Part shown: one piece after another, positions 8,166-18,823 of the stretch | Layout: each line of letters opens with the position of its first letter | Position numbering within the stretch: position 1 is the stretch's first letter | From: a virus | Taxonomy: Duplodnaviria; Caudoviricetes | Direction: 5' to 3' (one strand) | IMG/VR virus record: IMGVR_UViG_3300044852_000015 | Span: 174,015-238,014 of that record | DNA: 64,000 nucleotides | Position numbers and translations under genes: made by a program | The notes under the pieces: model-generated | Seen by the model: only the letters and a program-made list of their open reading frames with translations | Database searches by the model: none | What the model was told of the DNA's origin: nothing

Positions 8166-9158
8166 TTACAGACCGTCGACGCGAACCAGATCCCACAGGG
8201 TGTTCTTATCGAAGTCAGAGTAGTCTGCGATACGATCAACCATGTCGTCTTCTTTGTTCATGACGTTACCGCCAACCGAGCAGGTGCTCAGCTCTGGTTT
8301 ACCGTCTTGCAGTTCAACTGGGTTCAGGCAGAACAGTTTACCTTCCATCAGCGCCACAACATGTTCGCGCTGACCAGGTTGGCCGAAGATTGCAACGTGC
8401 GACAGTTGGGTATATTCCCGACCGTTGTTGTGGTTATCTTTCACAAAGCCGTTGGCGGCCACTACAGCTTCCACGATCGCAGCATTGCGAGCGCGGATCT
8501 TTTCAATCAATGGGTTCATCTCTTTTTCTTCCTTCTGAGGAATGGTAGGTTCGGTAAGCGAGATCATGTCAGCGATGAAGTCTTCTCGCTTGATCAGTTG
8601 ACCCAGGGTTGGGTAGCTCCACTCGGTAACAACCGACTGGTAGTTCAGGCTGAACACCGCGTACATGTCATTGTGGCGAACCAACACATGTGTGGAATCA
8701 TCCTTGTGCAGGAACGCTTTGTAAGCATCACCAGGAATCTTGTCCAGCAGGATTGCTTCGACAACAGCGTCAACCACAGCTTGGTTGATTGTAGCAACAG
8801 GTTTAGCGACTTCCATTTCAGCCTCCAGTGTTTCGAAAGGGATTACACCGATGATCTTGCCACCGAAAGAATCCCAGTAGGCAGCAGCGGCTTCTTCGAT
8901 GTATGCGTGCTTGTGACCATCAACGTGACCAGCGAAGTGTGGGCTGGCTACACGATAGCCACCTTCTTCACGAACCTTGATTTCACGCAGCGGTGCTTCT
9001 TTACCATCTTCCAGGTAAACCAGAGTCAGGTGACCATCGGCAGCTTTGTAGATGCCCATGAAACCTTTGGTGATCAGCTCACCTGCGAAGTACACACCGT
9101 TGTTCTTGATGAACTGGGTGGCAACGCGTACAGCAACAACGGAGTTAGTGTTAGTCAT
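8166..9158 (-). CDS. Hypothetical early protein (three-module)
   Basis: 330 aa directly downstream of an early promoter; AAGGA SD. Confidence 0.75.
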   Translation of the reverse strand: MTNTNSVVAVRVATQFIKNNGVYFAGELITKGFMGIYKAADGHLTLVYLEDGKEAPLREIKVREEGGYRVASPHFAGHVDGHKHAYIEEAAAAYWDSFGGKIIGVIPFETLEAEMEVAKPVATINQAVVDAVVEAILLDKIPGDAYKAFLHKDDSTHVLVRHNDMYAVFSLNYQSVVTEWSYPTLGQLIKREDFIADMISLTEPTIPQKEEKEMNPLIEKIRARNAAIVEAVVAANGFVKDNHNNGREYTQLSHVAIFGQPGQREHVVALMEGKLFCLNPVELQDGKPELSTCSVGGNVMNKEDDMVDRIADYSDFDKNTLWDLVRVDGL

Positions 9159-9190
9159 GATGCTTTTCCTTCTGAGGATTAGAGGTTAGT

Positions 9191-9250
9191 GAACAAGATT
9201 TTCTATCCTATTCACCAAGGTAATATGTATCTGAGATTTTTTTAATTCAA
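9191..9250 (-). promoter_or_regulatory. phiKZ-type early promoter (CATATTAC variant) with leader
   Basis: Minus strand TTGAATTAAAAAAATCTCAGATACATATTACCTTGGTG; near-copy at 52789-52849. Confidence 0.75.
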
Positions 9251-9606
9251 ACTTTAGGATCGTAGTACAAATCCAACACGACCTTGACTTGGCTGTTCAC
9301 GCAACCGCACTTCATGGCGCTGTAGAACCCAGGGTCAATGTAGGACCCCTCTTTTACCAGATTGCGTAACAGGAGACGACGTAGGGCATACACTCCTGTT
9401 AACGCAGTACAACCGAGCTGTAGGGCCAGATTGTATTTTCGTTCAAGGTCTTCTACTTCTAACAACACTTTAACGGCGACGGGATCAACGTAACCACGGG
9501 CGAGCGTCCGTAATAGCCCGAGTCGGATCTGCACCTCTTCGTCTGCGTCGGCGTTAACTGCAAGTGAATTAAATAACTGTCGAGTCTTTTCCTTTTGCGC
9601 GACCAT
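9247..9606 (-). CDS. Hypothetical early protein
   Basis: Start MVAQKEK lies downstream of a TATATTAC promoter. Confidence 0.6.
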   Translation of the reverse strand: MVAQKEKTRQLFNSLAVNADADEEVQIRLGLLRTLARGYVDPVAVKVLLEVEDLERKYNLALQLGCTALTGVYALRRLLLRNLVKEGSYIDPGFYSAMKCGCVNSQVKVVLDLYYDPKV

Positions 9607-9641
9607 GTCAAACCCCACTAAGAGTGAAGAAGTTATTCTTG

Positions 9642-9676
9642 CACTTAGGTAATATAGGTTCGAAATAATTTTTAAT
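9642..9676 (-). promoter_or_regulatory. phiKZ-type early promoter
   Basis: TATATTACCTAAGTG (core 9656-9649) with AT-rich upstream sequence. Confidence 0.75.
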
Positions 9677-9718
9677 GAGCGGTATTTTGTGACTACAGTT
9701 ACTCCTGAGGCGTCCCAC

Positions 9719-10945
9719 ATGTCTTCTAGTATTAAGGAGGTCTTTAAGCGACAGCTCTCAGACCTTGAGCTTGACAGCAAGCTCGTTAAACGTTTGTCCC
9801 ACTTCAAGCACGCCTTCATCAACAAGAACGACGATCACATCAAGTTCTTCGGCGGTAACTTGCTGGGTGTGGAAATTGTGCGGTATCTACAAGCTGACCG
9901 TGATGAATGGTTCAGTGAAGTCCTCGACGTGGATGACGTATCCCTGACTGAGAACCTCTACTCGCTGGAGTGTATCAACGAGGAATACAAGCGTACCTCC
10001 GATGTGGTGAACTTGACCAGCATCTGGTTACTCCACGCTCTTTACAACTCCAACAAGCTTAGCTCTTCTGAGAAAGAGAAAGCAATGATCGACGTGGTGT
10101 ATATGTTGCAGGTGAAGTTTATCACCAGTATCTTTGCCCACTACTTTAAGTTCCCTGCCGATAAAGAGATTGCTCAAGCGGTCTACGAGTCCTTGAGCCG
10201 TAAGTACGCCCTCAAGCAAGCCGGGAGCTGGAACGCTTTGTTTACCGAACGTTCCAAAGACGTGATCGGTCACCAGAGTATTCACTTGAAGACCATCCAG
10301 CGGTTCGACGACGATGACGCGATCTTGTACATGATCACTGACATCCAAGGTCGTATCCGTGAAGTGGTCAAGAAGATGTACGCGGTGCTGATTCAGATGC
10401 GGGACAATAAAGACCGTATCTCCAGCACGTCCAGTGTGGGTCTCACGACTGACGGTGAAGCGATCCTCAAAGACCGCCAGCGTAGCTTCTCGACGTACAA
10501 GCGTTACATCCACAGTATCATCCCCGACCGACAAACGTTTATCCGGGATGAAGTGGTGTCTGTTATTACAGATGCCATGCACACTATGTCCCCGAAGTTA
10601 TTTATCGACGTGCTCGAACACTGTAGCGCAAACTACGGTAAAGCGGCCCACGCTGAGATCGGTGACCTGTGTGATGAAACGCTACTCCATGCTTTTGAGT
10701 TCTTGTCCACCAACCGTGCGTTGTTGCGTAACCAAGGTGACCTGAGCAAACTGTTGACCCGTCTGCGTTCGCTGTATATGGCGTCTCGTATGGTTGACCC
10801 TTCCTTGCTGAAGATGCGTGACTTGGCAGACTCCATTGTGGCCAAAGCTTCGATCAGTAAGAACAAAGCCATGCAAGCCAGTCTCCGTACCGGCCTGGAG
10901 TTGTACATCGTCCTACGTACCTTTACCATGAACTACTACTCGTGA
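9719..10945 (+). CDS. Conserved phiKZ-like protein (gp32-like, probably virion structural)
   Basis: 408-aa ORF, GAGG SD; position next to the terminase. Confidence 0.65.
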   Translation: MSSSIKEVFKRQLSDLELDSKLVKRLSHFKHAFINKNDDHIKFFGGNLLGVEIVRYLQADRDEWFSEVLDVDDVSLTENLYSLECINEEYKRTSDVVNLTSIWLLHALYNSNKLSSSEKEKAMIDVVYMLQVKFITSIFAHYFKFPADKEIAQAVYESLSRKYALKQAGSWNALFTERSKDVIGHQSIHLKTIQRFDDDDAILYMITDIQGRIREVVKKMYAVLIQMRDNKDRISSTSSVGLTTDGEAILKDRQRSFSTYKRYIHSIIPDRQTFIRDEVVSVITDAMHTMSPKLFIDVLEHCSANYGKAAHAEIGDLCDETLLHAFEFLSTNRALLRNQGDLSKLLTRLRSLYMASRMVDPSLLKMRDLADSIVAKASISKNKAMQASLRTGLELYIVLRTFTMNYYS

Positions 10946-10952
10946 GGCCGTA

Positions 10953-11321
10953 ATGTTGAGAATCGCCAAGGCACTTGGAACCCAGTTCAATTCGGAATCG
11001 TCGCAAACGATGCTGTTGATGGATCGTCTCCCACATGGTGCTGAACTTCGACGTTTGATGAAGTACAGTAAGCTGGTGATCAAGCGGCGTCGTAAGACCG
11101 AAGAAGTTTCATTGTTCTGGTACAGTAACATCAAGGTGTCTTGGCACATTGACTACTTCGTGGTTCACTACCTCAAAGATGGTCGGTTCTTGAGTTACTC
11201 TAAACGAGAACACAATGGTCAGATGTCCCTCGACACAATGGAATCGCTGTATCTGGAATCCCTTGAAGTCGTCAGGAGGCAATTGAAATCGGAAGGGGAA
11301 TGTCCTTCTGGTTGTTGTTAA
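10953..11321 (+). CDS. Hypothetical protein
   Basis: 122 aa, GAGG SD. Confidence 0.6.
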   Translation: MLRIAKALGTQFNSESSQTMLLMDRLPHGAELRRLMKYSKLVIKRRRKTEEVSLFWYSNIKVSWHIDYFVVHYLKDGRFLSYSKREHNGQMSLDTMESLYLESLEVVRRQLKSEGECPSGCC

Positions 11322-11361
11322 GCGCATAACGAGGGAGGCCCTGGGCCTCCCTCTATGCCGT
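11322..11361. terminator. Bidirectional terminator, GCATA/TATGC class
   Basis: GCGCATAAC-GAGGGAGGCC-CTG-GGCCTCCCTC-TATGCCG. Confidence 0.8.
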
Positions 11362-13572
11362 CTATCGACGCATCAGTGCTTGCCAGTGACTGGTATCACG
11401 TTTGGTCGAGCTACCACCCCAGTTGATTCCCTTCTGGAAGAAATCACTTTGAGTGAGTCGCTGAGACTTCTGGTTACGAGCCTGTCGTTCATCAGCCGCA
11501 CGTTTGATCAAGGAGTCCATGTTAGTGATCTCCTCCACGTCTTCCGTGACCCGTGTACTCAAGAACCGTAGACGAGCCTCACACTTAGTCACAGTGAAGG
11601 TGTCATTGGCGTCACTGAGTTGTTCGTAGAGGTCATCAATCTCCTTGCGGAACAACTTCTGTACCTGTCGCTCGTAGATCTCTTCCTGAGTCATCTGCTT
11701 GCTGTTGTCACTGACCCCAATCATTACCTGACTGCGGTCGATACCATAGAACTCGAGGTTCTTCCCGATCGTGAGCAACCAGTTAGCCAACAACCACGCG
11801 ACTACCGTGTCATCGTGTCCAGAGGCTTCGTGGTCAATCCGCCCTCGTTTCACTACCAACGCTCGGATCTCTCCTGACAGCACCTTGTCCCTTACCAGAT
11901 GTCCTGCCTTCTTCGCCGCGTTCTGCAACACAGTGGAGTAGAGAGTCATACGTGATTCAGCCGAGGTGTTGAAACCAAAGTACTTCTTGGTCGTGTCGTA
12001 GAAACTAGTCGTACGACTGGTCGCCGGTTTGGAGATCTCTTTGAACAGATCCGGCTTCTCGTTAGCTTCGTCCACAATGCGGTTGAAGATACGGCGGAAT
12101 GGATCAATCCCGTGCTTAGGCAGAATCATCAACAGGGCGTCAACGATCATCTGGCCAGTCGACTTCTTCTCAGGGATCAAGGTGAGGTTAGGGTACTTAA
12201 CCATGATCTCAGCCAGAGCGTTCGAGAAGCGGATCAAGTTGGTTTCGTTAACAGTGAACGCACCGACTACCGACAGATCCCGTGCAGAGATAATCACGCC
12301 CGCAATGGCATCTCGACCCACGGCTTCTGAAGTATCAAGACCGAGGATAAACGTGTCGTTGCGTTTGGCCACTTCCAGTTCTTGTTCGTCGAGGTACCAA
12401 CGGATGCAGTACAGCTCTTTGGTGATCTCGGTGTACTTGACATCTCGAATAGAGTCGCGGATCTTTTCGTTGAGTGCAGGAGTGAGTGGGGAACTCTGAG
12501 TACCCGAAGTCCATACGTTGAAGAAGTCACGGTCAGCCGCCTCACCAAACGAGGAAGCCTGTGCCATCGCTTCGTACAGCCATTCATCCGTGTAACCCAA
12601 CTGACGGTGACTGAAGGTAGCGTTGATCATCAACTTACGTCCAGCGCAGTTGACTTTCACCATTTGCTTCAGGGCATCAATGTCCGTGCAGTCATAGAAC
12701 AACTCAGTCCACGAAGCCGCACCGTGAATCATGTCGTACATGAACTTACCGTCCCGGTCATCCTTCTTACCGGCGGTTGTGGTAAAGATGTTGCCGTGTG
12801 GTCGACCGTATTGCTTGGCCTCAGCACGAGCGGTGGTAGCAGCAGCCAGTGCAGCAGGCAGCGTGGTACCGATGTGGTTAATGAAGGGACCTTCGTCGAT
12901 GTGGGTAATAGGTGCAGTCAGACCACGACCCAAGTTGTTTGCAGTGGACTCAGAGTTTTGTGCCACACCAGTGGTGTACTGGTTATCGTGAGTCTTACAA
13001 GTCACTTCGAATTGGTTGTCAGAGTCATCCCGGTGTTTAGGCACCAAGTACTGCGGCAACAGGTCACGCAGTTTCTTGATACGCTCAACGTTCTTCTTAC
13101 GCAGCCCGTCGTCCTTCGTGATCATGTTGATGATGGAGTTACCAGCACCAATGAACAGAAGCCACAACATCACACAGTCAGTAGACACTGACTTACCGGT
13201 CTGTCGTGGTTGGATCAACGCGATGTCGATACTGTTTAAGAAGGCCCACGTAATCGCGATGTTGCCCCGGTTAGCTTTGTACTGGATCGGGTTAGGACCA
13301 GACACCGGGGGAATGCGTACGACTTCACGCAGGAAGTACCAGATGTTGTAACGGCACTCAATACCGATAGCGATCTTGGTCGCATCAGAGAGAATGGCGG
13401 AATGTGGATCGACCCCTTTAAGGTCTTGGTTAATCAGTGCGAGTGGAAAATATCGGTTCTGGATCTTCATCTCCCCATACAGGGAAACCAGTCGTAGAAA
13501 GGATTCGTTCTTGGTATCGAAGTCCGGTCTAGCTGTCGTGAACCGATTCCAATCTTTGGCAAATAGAATCAT
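11362..13572 (-). CDS. terL: Terminase large subunit (phiKZ gp25-like); start could be 13617
   Basis: Walker A PRQTGKS, Walker B HIDEGPF, coupling motif TTT, nuclease motifs LGLDTS and HDDTV. Confidence 0.9.
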   Translation of the reverse strand: MILFAKDWNRFTTARPDFDTKNESFLRLVSLYGEMKIQNRYFPLALINQDLKGVDPHSAILSDATKIAIGIECRYNIWYFLREVVRIPPVSGPNPIQYKANRGNIAITWAFLNSIDIALIQPRQTGKSVSTDCVMLWLLFIGAGNSIINMITKDDGLRKKNVERIKKLRDLLPQYLVPKHRDDSDNQFEVTCKTHDNQYTTGVAQNSESTANNLGRGLTAPITHIDEGPFINHIGTTLPAALAAATTARAEAKQYGRPHGNIFTTTAGKKDDRDGKFMYDMIHGAASWTELFYDCTDIDALKQMVKVNCAGRKLMINATFSHRQLGYTDEWLYEAMAQASSFGEAADRDFFNVWTSGTQSSPLTPALNEKIRDSIRDVKYTEITKELYCIRWYLDEQELEVAKRNDTFILGLDTSEAVGRDAIAGVIISARDLSVVGAFTVNETNLIRFSNALAEIMVKYPNLTLIPEKKSTGQMIVDALLMILPKHGIDPFRRIFNRIVDEANEKPDLFKEISKPATSRTTSFYDTTKKYFGFNTSAESRMTLYSTVLQNAAKKAGHLVRDKVLSGEIRALVVKRGRIDHEASGHDDTVVAWLLANWLLTIGKNLEFYGIDRSQVMIGVSDNSKQMTQEEIYERQVQKLFRKEIDDLYEQLSDANDTFTVTKCEARLRFLSTRVTEDVEEITNMDSLIKRAADERQARNQKSQRLTQSDFFQKGINWGGSSTKRDTSHWQALMRR

Positions 13573-13618
13573 AAGGGAACCCGTGGGTATAGGGAAGTAT
13601 TCATAGGTATACTCCACA

Positions 13619-13648
13619 GGGCATAAACGGAGGCCGAAGCCTCCGCCT
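13619..13648 (-). terminator. Hairpin terminator with TATGCC tail
   Basis: Minus strand CGGAGGC-TTCG-GCCTCCG-TTTATGCC. Confidence 0.75.
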
Positions 13649-13657
13649 ATACTTACA

Positions 13658-15346
13658 TCACGCTGAAGCGTCTACTTGCAGGGTAATCATGCCGCCGATA
13701 CCCAACTGGAGATCGCCTTCTGGTAGTCGACGGATGAAGCGAATGAACAACGGTTCGCCATCTGCCGGTACTGAAGGAACCAGCAATTCAGTGTTCCAAC
13801 GGTCGATCGGGTAGGTGTACTCGTTAGTACCGATCATCAACACGAAGTGGTTAGGCTCCGGTGCACGGTTCTCGGACTGAGTATTGACCAACGGTTCGGC
13901 GTTGTAGAACACTTTCTGGAGCCAGGTCGATTGTAGTTCGAGACCGCAGTCTACCTTCAGCTTCCAGTTGTTGACGTTCACGAACGTGGAAATGGCCCGC
14001 AGACCTTTACCATACAGCTCCACTTGACCGGGGCTGTACTCGATGTTCCAACCGTTACTGATCACGTTACCCGGAGCCAAGAGCGCAATGCCGACTCGTT
14101 GGGAATGACGCCAGTTACTGTAGCTGGAGTTGAGTTCGTTCATGTTGATACCGACGTCTACTCGCTGGATCGGACCGTAAGAGGTCGGATCGAACGGAGC
14201 CGAGTTCACACCGAAGGTAACCAACGACGTCACTTCGAGGAACTCTGAACGGTTCAGGTTGAACAGGAACCAGCGCAGCTTGTAGCCCAGGACTGCATCT
14301 ACCCACTGAGGGAAACAGAACAGCTTGACCGAGTACGCCCCATCGAGACGAGTAGTGGTTGCCCAATACGGCTCCGACAAGTGTTTCTGCAAGCTCGCTG
14401 AAGCCCCGTAGACGTATTCGTCAGACGAGAGCTTGTACGACAAGGCCAACTCGATCTTCTGCCCCACAATCGAAGCAATGAAGTTCTGGAGGCCATACAG
14501 GTTGAACTTAGTGCCATCAACCGGCATGATCTTCTTCGAGCCGTCACTGTAGGTCACAACACCACGAGCATTGAGTGCTTCGACCGGCATGTTGATAGCG
14601 AACTTCAACAGACTGTCATCGCCTTCCGAGATAAACGGAGACTCGAGGTGGATGCTGGTGATGAACTTCTTCGACGCGTCCGTAGTACGGATAAACGACG
14701 TGTTCATGATCAACAGCTTAGCGATCGAGGTCACGTTGCCGACATCGTCGTACATCACGACGGTTACGACTTCGTTATCAGGAAGCTTCTGACTGGTGTA
14801 ACCAACCATCGGGGTTTTCACCGCGTAGTTGATTGCCGACGGAACGCCCGACTGTGGGTTGTTCGGCATCTGTACCAGTTCGAGTGGGATGTTCTCTCCC
14901 AACAAAGTACCACCTTGGTCATACATCGCCGAGATGACTTTGGACTCGTCACTGATGTCAGTGCCCCAGAACACTTTGATAGCCGACACGCTGGTACCGT
15001 AAACACGCAGACGCGAGTCAACAGCCAACACGTGAGGGATCACCGAGGTGTCCAGATACACACGGTAGGACTCGGACTGGTAGCCAGGACCCACACCCAG
15101 AAGGATGTCTTCCTCGGATACAGACTCACCAACGTTTGGTGGAATGTACTGAACCAGTTGGCTCAAACCAGTGGATAGGTTAGTAGCAACACAACGCCAC
15201 AGACCTGTGTCCCAATCCCAGACTTCGTCGTTTACGTTGGGGACGTAGCGACCGGTACCAGAAGGCCCCGTATAAATTTCATGCTTTTGCCACCGTGTGG
15301 GACCCCGGTTGGGATCGCTAACGGGGATAATAGCCACATCACTCAT
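13658..15346 (-). CDS. Virion structural protein (phiKZ gp26-like)
   Basis: 562 aa, beta-rich; synteny between terminase and sheath. Confidence 0.7.
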   Translation of the reverse strand: MSDVAIIPVSDPNRGPTRWQKHEIYTGPSGTGRYVPNVNDEVWDWDTGLWRCVATNLSTGLSQLVQYIPPNVGESVSEEDILLGVGPGYQSESYRVYLDTSVIPHVLAVDSRLRVYGTSVSAIKVFWGTDISDESKVISAMYDQGGTLLGENIPLELVQMPNNPQSGVPSAINYAVKTPMVGYTSQKLPDNEVVTVVMYDDVGNVTSIAKLLIMNTSFIRTTDASKKFITSIHLESPFISEGDDSLLKFAINMPVEALNARGVVTYSDGSKKIMPVDGTKFNLYGLQNFIASIVGQKIELALSYKLSSDEYVYGASASLQKHLSEPYWATTTRLDGAYSVKLFCFPQWVDAVLGYKLRWFLFNLNRSEFLEVTSLVTFGVNSAPFDPTSYGPIQRVDVGINMNELNSSYSNWRHSQRVGIALLAPGNVISNGWNIEYSPGQVELYGKGLRAISTFVNVNNWKLKVDCGLELQSTWLQKVFYNAEPLVNTQSENRAPEPNHFVLMIGTNEYTYPIDRWNTELLVPSVPADGEPLFIRFIRRLPEGDLQLGIGGMITLQVDASA

Positions 15347-15348
15347 GG

Positions 15349-17919
15349 TTAGACCCATCCGTCTTTAATAGAGACAAAGTGACTGATGTCAACTTTGGAC
15401 TCAAGGTAGAAGGCAATAGCCCGGTTCAGGAAGTTGTACTGGTAGATGTTCAACTCCACTTCGTACGACAGGTGGTGAGGGTGGATACTCACGTAACGAG
15501 TGTCAACGCCTAGCTTGCACGGATCGAATGCTAGCAAGTACTCGTAGTCAGCCAACCACCGCTTGATGTCCATATCACCGTAGTACGCAGTCATCTGTTC
15601 GTCCCAGATCGCGCCATTGATCAGGTCAAACATCACCTTGCACGCAAACGGGCTAAACACCTCGTAACGCTCTGGGATGATATTTGGCACAGTGATCACA
15701 AGCTCTGGTAACTTCAGAGTCATGTAGTCGGAGAGGGCTTGGTCGATAACCCGAGACTTATTACGCAGCGAGTACGTATTCTCGTCTACCAGATTGCGCA
15801 ATGGAACCACTACGTCATCAATCAGGTACGGACTACCGTTCTTCACGACATCAGTCAGATACACCCCACTATGATCCTCGGCGAACTCAAGCTTGTCACG
15901 AGTCAGGGTTTTACCACGAACGATCATCCGCATGACTTTGTCGTCACGAATGTCGAAGCGTTTGTTACGACTGAGCAAACCGTTTTCAATGAACCCGAAT
16001 TCAGCCGGTGGTTCCATTGACATGTCGTCATCCGGGAAGCCAGTCACTCGCACCACGATTTGTTGCGTGTCACCTTCCACGAGGAACTCGCGGTTAGTCA
16101 ACGTCACAAAGGGCCAGTTCAGGTAATAGTCCAACCCTTCGATCAGGGCGTGACGATTCATGAACAATTCTAGCTTGCCCATCTTGAGGTTCATGTCTTG
16201 CTTGTAGTAGTTCCCGTCACTGCGTCGCTCAGACACTTGAATGGGGAAGTAATACAACCCGTCTGGTGCAGTGATGTCCTGACTGTAGGTTACGAACTTA
16301 CGGTCGTCTCGAACAGCCGTGTACCAGTTGACGCGGTCCAGCAACCAAACAACCTTGTCATCCACGAAGCCGTAGTCCACACCCTCAACCGCCGACACCC
16401 AGTTATACGACGGCGTACCAGCCACCATCGAACACTTGTAGTACCGGTAGTTGTAAACTGGGTCGATCGTGCTTTGTGCAGCGTTGTAGATCGTTTCAAG
16501 GCTATCTGAAGCAATCCCCACCAGAGCTTCGATCAAACGACACTCTTTGTTACGGGGGTTGTAGTATACCCCCGTGGTATGTGGGTAGTAGCCCAACAGT
16601 AAACCGTCCGCATCAAACTCGTAACAGGTCGACGCATTCTGCAAAGCAAAAGGCATCTTCACGAAACTGTCGTTAGCCAGAATCGTTACGGGTTGTGGCG
16701 TGTCGGCCACCAGTTTACTGATCGCGTTGTAACCGTAGGCCTTCTGCACCATCTCACGAGTGATACCAGGTCCTAGGTCGCGCATCACCTTGGGATACAT
16801 TGCTGCTTCCAAGTTGTCTGCACGCCAAACGTCCACAGTCGACTCAACCCCGAGCATGGCTTTAGGGATGTCAGTCAACGGGAGTTTGTACAACTCCTTA
16901 ATGCGGGAGTTCTCATTCACCAATGGTCGTTTCCAACCAGACTCGCGAATGCACAGACGAACAGTGATGTCACCGGGATCTGACCAACCAGGATGTGCTG
17001 CGACGAAACCAGCCACGTACGGCACTACAATCGAGTAGTCCTTGTGCGTAACCATTCGCATCGAGTCTTCCTGATTCTTGTGGTGGTACACACCCTCAAA
17101 GCGACCATTGGTCTCTTTCTTGATCAGATAGATGTCGATGTCATCACGGTAGTCAATCGTGTCCTGCTGTGCGTCTGGGTAGTGAAGCAAGTACTTACGC
17201 TTCTCATCCACCAGACTCACAAACGTTTCAAGGTCACTGATCTTCAAGTCGACCACACGACGAATCGTGGAATCGTAAACGTACTCGATCACGTCCCCAA
17301 CCTTAAAGCGGTCAGGTTGGAAGTCATCAATCAGGTAGCCGTTCTTGTAAGCAAAGGTGTAACCGGTCTTTGCTCTCAACGCTTGATACGCACGTTGATA
17401 GTTCAGCAGCTTCGCACGGTCGCCATCGTAGGTGTACCCGTTAATCAAAACGGTGTTCTCGATGTTGTACGAACGCTCAGAAGCAAAGTAGGCGTTGGAG
17501 TAGACCCGGAAGAACACGGGCTGGTTGTACAGGCTATCAAACTGCTCGTTACGCTTAATGGCGATCACGAGGTTTCGATCACCCATCACTTGGAGATACG
17601 CCAAGTGGCGAGGAATCTGAACACCGTCGATGTTGTAGAGATCCACCATCATCTTGGCCTTGTTACAGACTTCAGAGAACGGCGTCCAAGTCTTCCACGA
17701 GTTCAACAACCCGAGGAGCTTAGGATGGATCTGTCCAATCCAGTAAACGTTAAACAGGTTAGTGCGGTCTGGCAACACGATGGTCTGCCATTCCACATCA
17801 ACCAAACGAGAGATTCCGTAAGGCCCAGTGATGTGAGCCAAACGGTAGATGTATTGATAGTCCTGATCGGGAGTGCACCAGACATTGTCTAGCGCGTGCT
17901 CAATCAAGAAATCAGACAT
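15349..17919 (-). CDS. Virion structural protein (phiKZ gp27-like, baseplate/tail)
   Basis: 856 aa beginning FLIEHALDNVWCTPDQD; synteny. Confidence 0.7.
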   Translation of the reverse strand: MSDFLIEHALDNVWCTPDQDYQYIYRLAHITGPYGISRLVDVEWQTIVLPDRTNLFNVYWIGQIHPKLLGLLNSWKTWTPFSEVCNKAKMMVDLYNIDGVQIPRHLAYLQVMGDRNLVIAIKRNEQFDSLYNQPVFFRVYSNAYFASERSYNIENTVLINGYTYDGDRAKLLNYQRAYQALRAKTGYTFAYKNGYLIDDFQPDRFKVGDVIEYVYDSTIRRVVDLKISDLETFVSLVDEKRKYLLHYPDAQQDTIDYRDDIDIYLIKKETNGRFEGVYHHKNQEDSMRMVTHKDYSIVVPYVAGFVAAHPGWSDPGDITVRLCIRESGWKRPLVNENSRIKELYKLPLTDIPKAMLGVESTVDVWRADNLEAAMYPKVMRDLGPGITREMVQKAYGYNAISKLVADTPQPVTILANDSFVKMPFALQNASTCYEFDADGLLLGYYPHTTGVYYNPRNKECRLIEALVGIASDSLETIYNAAQSTIDPVYNYRYYKCSMVAGTPSYNWVSAVEGVDYGFVDDKVVWLLDRVNWYTAVRDDRKFVTYSQDITAPDGLYYFPIQVSERRSDGNYYKQDMNLKMGKLELFMNRHALIEGLDYYLNWPFVTLTNREFLVEGDTQQIVVRVTGFPDDDMSMEPPAEFGFIENGLLSRNKRFDIRDDKVMRMIVRGKTLTRDKLEFAEDHSGVYLTDVVKNGSPYLIDDVVVPLRNLVDENTYSLRNKSRVIDQALSDYMTLKLPELVITVPNIIPERYEVFSPFACKVMFDLINGAIWDEQMTAYYGDMDIKRWLADYEYLLAFDPCKLGVDTRYVSIHPHHLSYEVELNIYQYNFLNRAIAFYLESKVDISHFVSIKDGWV

Positions 17920-18823
17920 TCAGAGCCTCGATAAGACGTGAAGTGTTCAGGAGGAAACTCTTCCCGGCGTTGTTACGATCGGACGCTTGAACGATCTTGG
18001 CAATACCAGAGTTCCGGTAGCTACGGTCGAGCAACGACATGTAAACCATCCCCAAGAAAGTAGGGAGGTGTTCCAGTGCCACGGCCATGGTTTCTTTCTG
18101 GTTCAGACCGAACCAACCACCGCCAACAATAGCGAACAGCAGAGGAACGTTGAGGTTCTCAGCCCGCTTGTTGTTAAGCACTTCACGGACAACTTGAACG
18201 AAGTCTTCTGGACCGTCCATGTGACGCAAGGTGGCAGCATGGTCGAACACCACGTCCGCAGGAATGCGAGTCGCTCGTGCTACTTTCAACGCGATCTTTT
18301 GCAGTTCACGTTCGTCGATCTCACCGGCTGGTCGGAACATGCAGGCGTAATAAACAGCCGCTACCATGGTGATCAACATTTGTTCTTGTGGAGAGAACGC
18401 CAGACGCTTGGTGATGTTCTCACCGAGGTAACGGGCGAACACAGTCATCGGTAAGTCACCGAGACCCGCCATGTCTTCCACACCGTGACGTTGGGCATAA
18501 ACAGTCAACGCAGCTCGCACGACGTTGAAGTTGTACTCACCCATGTTACTGATGCTCAACTCTTCGCCTTTGCGACCACGAGTGTAGCCACGAACATCGA
18601 GGATCACCAGCTCACTACCGTCACGCGTTTTGAAGAACAACGGGTGGGCAAAGCCTGGGATCTCTTTGTTTTCTGGACTCACGCCCCAGACACAGGGTAC
18701 GTATTTACCATTCATCTTGAGAGGTTGGATCTCGCCTTCAATTTCAGCGAGGGCCAGAGCCTTTCTGATGCTGTCCATCTGGTACCCAGCACAGGGTTTT
18801 GTTTCATACGGTGAGATCTTCAT
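17912..18823 (-). CDS. Virion-associated protein (phiKZ gp28-like)
   Basis: 303 aa; synteny, divergent from the sheath gene. Confidence 0.65.
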   Translation of the reverse strand: MKISPYETKPCAGYQMDSIRKALALAEIEGEIQPLKMNGKYVPCVWGVSPENKEIPGFAHPLFFKTRDGSELVILDVRGYTRGRKGEELSISNMGEYNFNVVRAALTVYAQRHGVEDMAGLGDLPMTVFARYLGENITKRLAFSPQEQMLITMVAAVYYACMFRPAGEIDERELQKIALKVARATRIPADVVFDHAATLRHMDGPEDFVQVVREVLNNKRAENLNVPLLFAIVGGGWFGLNQKETMAVALEHLPTFLGMVYMSLLDRSYRNSGIAKIVQASDRNNAGKSFLLNTSRLIEALNV

